Source: Octopus bimaculoides | Lineage: Eukaryota | Length of the DNA: 57,914 nt | Direction of reading: 5' to 3' | NCBI RefSeq assembly: GCF_001194135.2 | Contig: NC_068986.1 | Span: 47,288,916 to 47,346,829, forward strand | Shown here: piece by piece, positions 39,901 through 50,675 of the stretch | Layout: each line of letters opens with the position of its first letter | How positions within the stretch are numbered: position 1 is the stretch's first letter | The notes under the pieces: generated by a model | The model's input: only the letters and a program-made list of their open reading frames with translations | The model's database searches: none | Told to the model about the DNA's origin: nothing | Translations under genes and position numbers: made by a program

Positions 39901-41912
39901 TTTATTAGTCTTTTATTGTTGATGTCTTTTGTTCCCAAGTGTTTTGCTCTGACAGTGTGCGTACTTTCATATGTTTTTTTAGAATTATATTTTTTTGCTA
40001 ATATCTTCGAATTCGTATTCATGTAAATTGTAAAAGGAAACGAAGTGAAAATAAATCATAAAGAATACATGAGAAATTTGTAAATAAGCAATTATAAAGA
40101 AATAGGAAATAGCTTCTGGAATATATAAGATTACCTATGAATTAAACTTCCTAAATGTTAGCTAGTTTAAAACATCTCTTAAGTACCATTCTGATTTCTA
40201 TTACTTGGACGTTCATCTTTTGCTGTAACCTTTCACCTTTTTTACACTGCTATCAACTACTTTTTTTCACACTTTTCTTCACATTTTTTTACCACTATCA
40301 TTTTTATAAAATTACTATTTTGTATTTTCCATTTGCTATTTTGCGTAATTTATTTTATTATATATTTTTTATTTATATATATTTTTTTCTCTTTTGGTTC
40401 CTTGCCACAAAACAAAATTGACAAGCTCTCTGTCTTTCATTCCCACTTTTTTTTATTTTATTCTTTCTCACAAAATTGAGGAATTTCAAATCTATAGAAA
40501 TACTTAATAAATATGTTTAATTATTGCATTAATAGAAAACATTTCATTCTTAATTGGTTGTTAGAGTGTATTTCAACTGCAATGCAAGGGCACAAAATTC
40601 TTTACCTAACTTGAACCCACAACTAAACATTTTGTATCAAGTTGGTCTTTCACAATGGTCATGCAAAATCGAAACTGTGAAATGTCTCTCATCCCTAATA
40701 AATTGGGAGACTGGTTTGTAATAGACATTATCAAATGAAAATGCTATGAGACTGCAGAAGGGAAATGTTTTCAAATTTTTATATAAAGACCACCAACTGA
40801 ATGGAGCTGTAACCCACTTGCCTTACTTTCACATTCAGCACACAATAAACTGACTTTAATATCCTGCCTCACAGTTACTTTGATATAATAAAAGATATCT
40901 CAAAAAAAGCAACTTTCTGAAACTAGTCTTATTCTTTTTATTATATATCTATTTAATATTTTTTCTTGGACAATGAACAAATAAGCAGCGTTATTTCAAT
41001 GTTTCTCCAAATTTATTAATGGAAAGACATGAACTAAATAAAGTTTTGGAAAAAAAAAAACTTCATTATGAAGATAAAACATTTCAATTTCGAAAATGAT
41101 GATGATGATGATGATAACTACAACAACTACAGCAACAATGATAATTGTTTTTGTTGGTGCTGCTATTGTTGTTGGTGTTTCATTTTGGTTTCAGAAACTG
41201 TTAATATGTGTGTGTGTGTGTGTGTCCATGTATATGTATGTGTGCTTGTGTGTATGTACCCTTATATATGTGTACATGCATGTACACACACACCATACAC
41301 ATACTGAAGGATGAGTGGCATATGGGTTATCTTTGATTTTTTTTCTGTTTTGAAATTTCTATAAGATTGAATATTGTTGGTTATCTTTAAATAAAAAAGA
41401 ATTAATTTTGTGAGCAATTTTTATAGCTAGATACCAACTTTTAAAAGAGCCATGGTATTATTGCAACATTTAAGTGAATATAATTTATACTAAATATTTG
41501 ATACACAGAGGTAAAAGTGTAAAACAAAAGCTTTCAAGTTTTTGTAAACTATATTTTTGCATCTCATGCCACAGTTTGTGTGTGTGTGTGTGTGTGTGTG
41601 CACACGCATGCATGCATGTATGTATGTATGTATGTATGTGTGTGTGTGGTTTATAATTTTAAATCATTATTAATTCCTTTGAATCAAATATACATATAGA
41701 AGTTGGTAACTATATTACATTTGGTGTTAGAATCATTATGCAAGTTGATATCCCATGAAAATTCACAATTCCTTTTGTTATTGCTCCCAATTTAACTTAT
41801 TTTTTCAACTTTGTGTTTAAGTATGAGGTGAAAATGTTGAACCATTCACCTATGAGTTCAAAGCTCAAACTCACAACATCTTTTTTTCCCCCCTTTCTTT
41901 TTGTGCTTGTAG

Positions 41913-41974
41913 GAAAAGGCTTTGCTTGTGTCTGCATATCAGAGTGACAGTTTGCTTCGGCTTCTGGTACACAA
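41913..41974 (+). other. Candidate internal exon (62 nt) of an unidentified host transcript
   Basis: Long polypyrimidine acceptor ...ttcttttgtgcttgtag and donor AA|gtgagt. Frame 0 is open (EKALLVSAYQSDSLLRLLVH). No recognised homology. Confidence 0.45.
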
Positions 41975-42297
41975 GTGAGTAGTCAGCAGTTGCTAAATAA
42001 ATTTATTATGAAAACAATCATTCAAGGTTACTAAAAAAAACATGCAACATTGTGTCTCAATCCCAAGAAAGGTTCCTCACTAACCCTGCTAATTATCACT
42101 GTAGTAACTCCATTTCTAACTTTTCAAGTGTATAGGAAGCAGTTAAAATAATCACCTCCTTTATTAAGGTCTCTTCCCGTACTCAATGACTAGCAATATG
42201 ATTTCTATAAGACCAGATCTACTAGAAACTTGCTCTATTTTGTCATGCACCTCGAGTATTTTGGTGAAAGCAACGTTCCTGTCTTTGACAACAGTAG

Positions 42298-42332
42298 GAC
42301 CATCAATTATATCTGTAATGAGAACCTCATAG
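42298..42332 (+). other. Candidate small exon (35-38 nt)
   Basis: Tandem acceptor cag/tag at 42292-42297 and donor TAG|gtaaga. It is phase-compatible with 41913-41974. Confidence 0.3.
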
Positions 42333-44031
42333 GTAAGATGCTTGCCTATTGAGGGAACCTGTCACTCATCTCATACTGTCAGACAAATATCCATTGCCAA
42401 ACATGCTAACATTCTCTCATCTCTTTGTTTATCAAATTCTCAGTGTCTCCCACATGTATCTTTCTCTACACTATTAACCATCTTATTATTACTTCTAATC
42501 ACATATATACCTGTACTGATGATACTCTTTATTCCTTATTAATCTTCTACCCATGATACGAGAGATATTTCACTGCTTGGGACTGCTGAAAAATCTTTGG
42601 GAAAGATATTTGTGATAAACTGATATCATAACCATGGGGGCGTTTGTCTCTCATCTGCTTAATGCAGCAGAAAGTAGAAGGGAGAGAATGAAAACACTGT
42701 ATATAATTCCATCTTATTTGTAAAGTTATTATTTAGCAACTTCACTGAAATTATGATAAAGGAATTACCAAATTTCAGTACGGTGTTTGGGTGAGTTATT
42801 GGTGCTTAACTCTGTATATTGTTTTAACGTGTGTATTATCTACTTTAAAAGTTTTGCTAATCACATCTGAGATTCATTGCTTTAATGTAATAATAATAAA
42901 TCTGTTTAGGTATTATTGACTACATATCCCCAGATTCCTCTTGGCTTAAAGGAAAACAATATGAAACGTTTCTCTCTCAGGAGATAATTCCAACATGAAC
43001 AGAAACTTATTTTTGTATGACTTACTATGATATTAACCAACCTAAGAAGTTAGTTGATGGGGTTTAAAGCCAGTTTTTATGTTTGCCAATATATAGACTT
43101 TATAAGAATCAATTTGTCATTAATGGCAAACTCTAAGAAGATTTATGAAGCTGCAACAAATGGTAAAAAAAGAATAATGATTCCATTAAGACAATGATTG
43201 AGAGGCTGGAAACTTGGTTCATGTAGAGCTGATATAATAACAGTATACCAATTTACAAACTGAGTTACTTTAAAGAAACTTTTTTCCATTCTCTACCTTA
43301 TGGGTAAAATAGTAGAGAGATGAATTATCTGAATTTCCAACTCATCGTCATACATTATATAGATTCTAATGTCATTCATTGTGTACAGTGGAGAAACATA
43401 TTGACGTTTTCTAGCCTACTTAACTGAAAAATAATTACCAGTTCTATTTGCAAGACAGAGAATGGTGCTGAAAAAGTCATCGTTATCATCATCATTGTCC
43501 TCCTCCTCATCATCATCATCGTTGTCGTCATTGTCATCATCGCTGCTGCCACCACCACTACCGACACCACCACCACCACCTTTACAATGATGTCAGTAGC
43601 AGTGATGGTAGTAGAGCGTCTACTTAATTACCTGAGGATCAAACATCTCTTAACAAAATTCCCTTCAAGCTCTGCAATAGGAATACTCCAATAGGGAAAA
43701 CATCAGTCATTATGACTAGTCAACCTTTAGAATGACCATGAATAAAAATGTCAATCAAACAATTCCTTTGATCAGTTAGTTCCATTCTAGAGGTCTACTT
43801 GAGGCAGAGGTATAACAGAAGACTACTTAATAATACCAAAACAGTAACACCATCGTTGTTGTCAGAGTCCTTATCACTTTCAACATCAAGGGATTGTATC
43901 ACACTCCACCAGTACTTCTTACTTCTCTGATAGTTAAACACTTCATTCACATCTTGTTTCTGAACACTGAACTGGAGGGTTATTCCATCAGTTTCAGCAG
44001 CAACAAAATCAACTATGTGCATGTCGCTTTC

Positions 44032-44368
44032 CTGGCACTTGTGCCAGTAGCACGTGAAAAGACATTCAAGCGAGTTCGTTGCTAGTGCTGCTGGACTGGC
44101 TCCTGTGCAGGTGGCACATAAAATACACCATTTCGAGTGTGGCCATTGCCAGTACCTCCTGACTGGCGTTCGTGCTGGTGGCACGTAAAAGCACCAACTA
44201 CACTCTCTGAGTGGTTTGCATTAGGAAGGGCATCCAGCTGTAGAAACTCTGCTAAATCAGATTGGAGCCTGATGTAGCCATCTGGTTCACCAGTCCTCAG
44301 TCAAATCGTCCAACCCATGCTAGCATGGAATAGACGTTAAACGATGATGATGATGATGATGATGATGA
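44032..44368 (+). mobile_element. SINE family B ((ATG/GAT)n tail, RTE-like 3' end)
   Basis: Internal gccagt..tggcac.taaaa repeats, core ggaagggcatccagctgtagaaact, and tail ccatgctagcatggaatagacgttaaacgatgatg. Homologous to 32696-32982 and 10031-10197. Confidence 0.85.
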
Positions 44369-44369
44369 T

Positions 44370-44800
44370 ATTTCTTTTTATTCCTTTATATTTCAATTGT
44401 TTCAATCAATGAACTGAGCCATACTATGACATCAACTTGAAGAGTTTTTAATTCAACAAATTGACCCTAGAACTTAATTTTTTTTAAAGTCTAGTTCATA
44501 TTCTATCAGTCTCTTTTGCTGATTTGTTTGGTTATGCAAACCTAAACAAATGAACCTTGGTTGAAAAAGAGGAAGGGGTCAAACATAGGCACTATATCAC
44601 ACAGAGACACTCAAACACATGTACGACAGGCTTCCACACAGTTTCTGTCAACCAAACTCATTTACTAAGCATTGGTTGATCTGGAGCTTTTGCTGAAGAC
44701 ACTTGCCCAAGGTACCACACACTTGCCCAAGGTACCACACACTACCACGTGGTTGCAAAGCAAGCTTTTTAACCACACTGCCAAGACTGTACCTATTAGG
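44370..44800 (-). mobile_element. SINE family A with internal 20-bp tandem duplication
   Basis: Family A motifs, with acttgcccaaggtaccacac twice at 44701-44740. Confidence 0.75.
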
Positions 44801-45164
44801 ATTCTTTCTTAAAAACTTGGTCGATTTTTAAAGAGGAGAAATCACCCTCCCTCAACAGTCTGTTAAAAGTACTTAATTCATCAATTTTGGAGAAATGGAA
44901 GGGAAATTAATTCCAGGGGGTATTGAGATTAAAATTCAAAGCCTTTAAAAAAAGATAATGATTCATAATATTGGCACAAGGCTACAGATCTATGTTAATT
45001 AAAAAGACCCCAGTACTTGATTTCAACTCCAAAGAATGCAAGGCCAAAGTTGACTTTGTTAAGAGCTGAACATAGAAAATAAAAGATGCAAGTGAATACT
45101 GTTCATTATTTAGTCAGAACTCTGCTGATTCATCACATTCTCTCTCTCTCTCTCATTTTCTGTA

Positions 45165-45308
45165 TATTTTTTATTTGTTTCAATCATTGGACTGCAGCCA
45201 TGCTGGAGCACTGTTTTGAATGGTTTACTTGAACAAGCCACCCCAGTATTTAACTCTGCTTACTCTATTACTGAACCACTAAATTATGGGGTCATAAACA
45301 AACCAACA

Positions 45309-45350
<42 letters not shown>

Positions 45351-45890
45351 GGAACTATATATATAGATATTTATGGGGAGCTATGACAGGGCTGAAATTG
45401 CTGACCTCGTCACGTGATACATCTTGGATACCGTCAAGAAATGTACCCATCCACTTAGGTTGGCCCTCTATAGGGACAATGGCCTAGCTATCTCAAGCCA
45501 CACGAATAGCCATACCATGAACTGGTTCAGGAAGGACTTAATAAAAATATTTAAGGAGTTTGGCCTATCCATAATGGTTACTAGCAACCTGACTATGGTC
45601 GATTTCTTGGATGTAACCTTAGACTTGGACATGGGTAAGTATTACCTCCTACAGAAAGCCTAACAAGGAAAGAGTATACGTCCACAAGAACTCAAAACAT
45701 CCCCCTACTATATATGTATAAAACTGCTTCCACAGTTTCTGCTTACCAAATTCGTCTTTTGAGGTATTGTTTGGCCCAAGGTTATAGTAGGAGACATTTA
45801 ACCAAAGTGTCATATAGTGGGACTGAACCTGAAACCATGGGGTTGGAAAGTGAGCTTGTTAAGCATATAGCCATGTCAGCACTGATACAT
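45165..45890 (-). mobile_element. SINE family A split by a PLE RT fragment
   Basis: Family A motifs at 45165-45310 and 45715-45890 on either side of the PLE fragment. Confidence 0.7.
45373..45712 (+). mobile_element. Penelope-like reverse transcriptase core fragment nested in a SINE
   Basis: Reads MGSYDRAEIADLVT*YILD...LYRDNGLAI...RKDLIKIFKEFGLSI...VDFLDVTLDL...Y.(R)KPN...YVHKNSKHPPT, matching the PLE MGS.DG.E / LYRDDGL / FLDV motifs. The second catalytic Asp is Asn. Confidence 0.9.
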
Positions 45891-48289
45891 ACATACACAA
45901 ACGTGCGCATGTATACACACACACATACACACATGTATGTATGTATGTATGTATGTATGTATGTATGTCGAATATTTATTATATTTATTTCTCTCTTATG
46001 TAGTTTATCATGATGCTATCACATTTCACTTTAATCAGAAGCTTTGTTCTGCTAAAGACTGATCTTAGCAGGATATAAGTTCAGAACATGAAAGGCTGTT
46101 ATGTCACAAAACAGAAGGTGTTTTATCAGATGCTCTTATGGTTTTACCAGTCCACTGACTTGAATTTAAATATTGCAAAGTATTTAATGTGCTACTCTAC
46201 TCTGTAAAATAACCACTTTTGAAATAATTTTAGTGATGTTAACATTAGCACAAGGCTGCATATTTCTAAGAGAGGAGGATTATTGTCAATGAAATTGGCT
46301 GTATTATATGCCTGATGCATCAGACCAAATGCTTCATAGCATTTCTTCCAATTCATTATGTTCTGAATTCAAATACTGTCAAGCTTGATTTTGTCTTTCC
46401 TCCTCTCATGGTCAATAAAATAAGCACTAGTAGAACACTGGGGATGGACTCCCTTCTCCTCAGAACTGCTGGCCTTGTACCAAAATTAGAAATATTTATG
46501 TGTCTGGTACATATTCTATGTAGTATGCATAGAAGCAAATTTAACTTTGGTAGAATTTGAACTGAAAGAATAATGTAAAGGCATAAAATAAAATATCATA
46601 AGTTATTTACTCTGACCCTCAATCAATCTTATTCAACTCACAGATTTTATTTTAATAAATTATAAGAGTTTTAAAGCGCCTATACATTTTTCTGGTTTCA
46701 GGCAAAATTATGTTTTCATAGTCAAGGAAGCATGAATCTATTCTTCCCACTTCAAAAGAAGCGAAGAAGTTGAATTATTAAAAACTATTTTCAGGAGAGA
46801 TAGCCAAAGTGATATGAACGAAAATAAAGTATGCTATGTCTATTATTCTTAATTTTCCCTTTTTTTAAAATAAAATTCTGGAAATTTACAAATTTTCAGA
46901 ATTGCAAACTGAAGTAAGAAAATTTGCTTTTTAGATGAATAAGACTGTTGAGTTACCTTTTTAATTTTATTTGTTTATCTGATTATTATTATTATTATTA
47001 TTATTATTATCATCATCATCATCATTGTTGTTGTTGTTATTATCATTATTTTATCTGCTGCATGAGTCAGTGTGAAGGGCCAAGAAGAGTGCAGAGGGGT
47101 GAAGTAAACATGATCAAGTGAGGCATGAAAACTGTTCAGATATTATTAACCTCTTGTACTGGTGCAGTAATTCATATCTCTGTGTTGAAAATTCAAATGA
47201 TGTGTGTTTTCAATATTCATGCTTCTTAGATACAAACTGATGGTGAAAATAAATGCTTAGTGGACCTTAAATTGGGTTTAAATTAGATAATCTGTAATGA
47301 ATCTTGATTGTGAATGAGGAAAAAATATGCACAAATGACTCTTGATTAGATCATTTTGAGTTAACAGAAAAAAAAAAGAATAGAAAAAAGAAAATTCAAC
47401 TCCTTAAAAATTAAGGATTGTAAAACTTCATTAAAAAAATGGTAAAGAATGAATTATTAGAGTTCATTTCATTTCACAGTANNNNNNNNNNNNNNNNNNN
47501 NNNNNNNNNNNNNNNNNNNNNNNNNNNNNNNNNNNNNNNNNNNNNNNNNNNNNNNNNNNNNNNNNNNNNNNNNNNNNNNNNNNNNNNNNNNNNNNNNNNN
47601 NNNNNNNNNNNNNNNNNNNNNNNNNNNNNNNNNNNNNNNNNNNNNNNNNNNNNNNNNNNNNNNNNNNNNNNNNNNNNNNNNNNNNNNNNNNNNNNNNNNN
47701 NNNNNNNNNNNNNNNNNNNNNNNNNNNNNNNNNNNNNNNNNNNNNNNNNNNNNNNNNNNNNNNNNNNNNNNNNNNNNNNNNNNNNNNNNNNNNNNNNNNN
47801 NNNNNNNNNNNNNNNNNNNNNNNNNNNNNNNNNNNNNNNNNNNNNNNNNNNNNNNNNNNNNNNNNNNNNNNNNNNNNNNNNNNNNNNNNNNNNNNNNNNN
47901 NNNNNNNNNNNNNNNNNNNNNNNNNNNNNNNNNNNNNNNNNNNNNNNNNNNNNNNNNNNNNNNNNNNNNNNNNNNNNNNNNNNNNNNNNNNNNNNNNNNN
48001 NNNNNNNNNNNNNNNNNNNNNNNNNNNNNNNNNNNNNNNNNNNNNNNNNNNNNNNNNNNNNNNNNNNNNNNNNNNNNNNNATATATATATTTGTTTAGCA
48101 GAAATAACAGAGTGACTCAAGGTCTGAGAGTTTTGTGTCTTGGCACTTTTCAAACTGTTACATCTGCTAAATATTAATAAAAATTTACATATACTCATAT
48201 TTTGAGCTCTATCTTTCCTGTTTGCATCATCATCATCATATATATGCATATATATATATATTATTTATATTATCATTTAATAGAATGCC

Positions 48290-48843
48290 ACGCATCCATT
48301 TCCAACTAAGTTTATCTTAGCCTTTTTGATGCGACTCTACTCTTTACTGTTTTCTCCTCCATCCTTCTCTAATTCCCTTTTTCTCCCCTTCACCATTTTC
48401 TATCTGTCTCTCTCTCCACCTCTTTCTCTTGTTCTCTCTCTCGTTGCTCACACGTGACCATCGCCCATCTTTCTTTTCCTCACGTGACCTTTCTTTTCCT
48501 ACATGACGGTCTAGGGATTGGACATCTTCTTTCTCTCTCTTCTATCTTTTCTCTTTCCAAAGAAAATATTTCTCTCAGTGTTCACTATTTTCCTCTCACT
48601 CTGGTCTAATGACCCTCCATGTTTGTTTTCATTCAGTTTTCTTGTATGTCTCCACTGTCTTGTTTTTGTTGCCAACTTTGATCCTCCATAAATCCAAAAT
48701 TTTATTTTGGAATCTATGGGAGCACAACAACTGATGAAGGGTCGTTCTGTCCTACTTGTCCTGTTTTCCATATTTTTTCTCTTATTGTTTGTGTATTTAA
48801 CTTGTTTGTTTTCGTACTTCATGTTGTTTACACAGTTGGTGAT
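48290..48843 (+). repeat. Unclassified pyrimidine-rich interspersed repeat; homologous segment at 15226-15300
   Basis: aactgatgaagggtc...ttgtcctgttttccat.ttttttctctt is shared between ~48728-48800 and ~15231-15300. Confidence 0.5.
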
Positions 48844-48896
48844 NNNNNNNNNNCAAGAGACCAATGGCATAAGTAAATTTATATTTTATGTAGAAT

Positions 48897-48945
48897 GTCT
48901 TACTGTTGTTTCAGGGAAAATTCAATGTATCCCTTCATCGGAGAC
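48897..48945 (-). ncRNA. Minimal type I hammerhead ribozyme (U4C core variant) in the PLE 3' region
   Basis: Minus strand GUCU-CCGAUGA-AGGGA(loop)UCCCU-GAAA-C-AACA-G-U-A/AGAC. Stem I is GUCU:AGAC, stem II is AGGGA:UCCCU, stem III is 2 bp, and the GUA cleavage triplet ends at 48901. Minimal hammerheads are an established feature of PLEs. Confidence 0.72.
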
Positions 48946-49176
48946 GGTAATAGTAGAAGAATGGATTATTACATCTATCTGAGGAAATTTTCAGTAAGAA
49001 ATGAGAGCAATGCAAAGAAAAACAAAGAAGAAAAAGTACTTGGAATATAATTCCATTCCAACAGTAAATATCCATGTATAGAATCCGTGTGTGGTATTTT
49101 CCAGTGATATTTATAGTTGCAGTGATGGATATATATCATATCGCGTCCAGTTTACTCTGTGCGTTGTTTACTTAAG

Positions 49177-49313
49177 GTTTTCTAGCCTACTTAACTGAAA
49201 AATAATTACCAGTTCTATTTACAAGACAGAGAATGGTGCTGAAAAAGTCATCGTTATCATCATCATTGTCCTCCTCCTCATCATCATCATCGTTGTCGTC
49301 ATTGTCATCATCG
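49177..49313 (+). repeat. 137-bp near-identical copy of 43406-43542, flanked by 17-bp direct repeats
   Basis: 136/137 identity by eye (one G/A difference, tttgcaag vs tttacaag). The direct repeat cgttgtttacttaaggt lies at 49162-49178 and 49312-49328. Confidence 0.93.
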
Positions 49314-49689
49314 TTGTTTACTTAAGGTCTGTAAGAGATTGTGATGTCAGTTCTACTGACAGGAGGGAAGGAAGGAGGAAAGAGAACAAAGGGAAGAAGA
49401 TAGGGGTGCAAGTATAAGTTTTGTAAAGAAATGGATAGGTAGAGAAATTGAGTGTGAAGAGGTAAAAAGAAGTAGTAAGGGGAGGTAGTTACAATTGTGT
49501 ACAGTGTCAGGATAGTAAGGAATCGGTAGGGGGTGATGGTGTTGGTGGGGCTCGAAGAATAGTAGTAAAAGGAAAAAAAGTATAATATGAGAGGAAGGTA
49601 GTAGTGTTAATATTCTATAAATAGAGCTAAAATTATTTTAAAGATGGTTGTAGAGGAACCCGAGCGTGAAACAAATTGGTTGGAGTTAT

Positions 49690-50493
49690 CTATGGGGAGT
49701 TGTCGGAGTACGATGTGTGGTCATTTGTGCATTTGTGTCTGTGATAGAATTTGAATGTATGGAAGAAACGGTGATTACAGGTGCTAAGTGCTTCGTTATA
49801 TCTATTAAGTAGTGTGGGAGAATTGTATTTTAAAATATGGAACGCCTCATTCAAGCAAAGCTTGCAATTAGAGCGCTGGCCTTGGTATGAAATTCCTGAG
49901 TCCAGAATGGACCATGTTAAAGTATACTGGGTATTTGTGTTTTTGAGGTGGTGAATGTGGTTGGCTAGTGTTGTAGATTTGCTGTGCCTGTCGTATCTAA
50001 AAGAGTGAAGGTGAGCTGCATAATGTTGCTTGAAATTTTTAGTTGAACCTATGTATGTAGCTGTAGAGTTATGTAACAGATTGGTGACAGAGCATTTGTA
50101 TATTACGTCATATCTAACGCAATGTGTTTGCAGCGGGCAGATTGTCCCGGAGCGACAGTTACAAGTAGATGAAGCTTGGGAGTTGTGTTCTGTGGTGGAT
50201 GAGGTGATATTGTTGGAAGATAGGTTATATGAGGATGCAGAGGAATCTAGATCAATGTAATCATTACTGTTATAGTTATTATTACCTCTATTGTTATTAT
50301 TAGAAGATATAGTAGTATTATTTCTGGGTATACTAGTGGGCTGGGATATATTATGGTCATGTTCAAGTGTACGAGTATCAGTGCTAGATGTACATGTGTG
50401 AATGTCTATGTGTGTGCTGTGTGCTAGTATTACTATAGGTATAGTTGTGTGAGTTTTGATAATAGAGTGAGAGTTTATGCTTATTAGAAGTTG
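49690..50493 (-). pseudogene. Stop-free 267-codon frame of the PLE ORF C-terminus (S/T/N-rich linker + GIY-YIG endonuclease), no start codon
   Basis: Hand translation is open from 50493 to TAG at 49692-49690. No early in-frame ATG/GTG/TTG exists, so the ORF track missed it. It is frameshifted relative to the upstream thumb segment (MPNFESII frame). Confidence 0.88.
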
Positions 50494-50530
50494 CTATAAT
50501 AGATTCAAAGTTAGGCATGGTTGAATTAGA

Positions 50531-50675
50531 CAATTTCAAAGTGGATCTGTTGAATATAGATCCATTCTCACTTAACACTAAGCACTTAGCTAAATCTTTC
50601 TTCAAAATACTTGACTCAAACTTCTCCAGGCAACATAAATACCATTCTATATTCAACAGATCCACTTTGAAATTG
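50531..50675. repeat. Perfect 30-bp inverted repeat (50531-50560 / 50646-50675) at the PLE 5' inversion junction
   Basis: The reverse complement of 50531-50560 equals 50646-50675 (tctatattcaacagatccactttgaaattg). The plus-strand segment encodes PFSLNTKHLAKSFFKILDSNFSRQHKYHSIFNRSTLKL, which is upstream PLE sequence in the opposite orientation. Confidence 0.92.

Larger units (their letters stand above)
48854..50675 (-). mobile_element. Penelope-like retroelement (PLE), 5'-truncated, with 5' inversion, GIY-YIG domain, 3' UTR and hammerhead ribozyme
   Basis: The minus strand reads SIFNRSTLKLSNSTMPNFESII, then after one frameshift CNCRSGTICPLQTHCVRYDVIYKC...YIGSTKNFKQHY..H.HSF...TTLANHIHHLK...WSIL...CKLCLNEAFHIL...LLNRYNE..STCNH, the PLE thumb plus GIY-YIG motif order. 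A pyrimidine-rich 3' UTR follows. The left end abuts a 10-N gap. Confidence 0.92.

Noticed and set aside
50030-50260. 76-aa plus-strand ORF and neighbouring 50384-50702 ORFs as host genes
   Set aside because: They are the antisense shadow and inversion-junction products of the PLE coding sequence.
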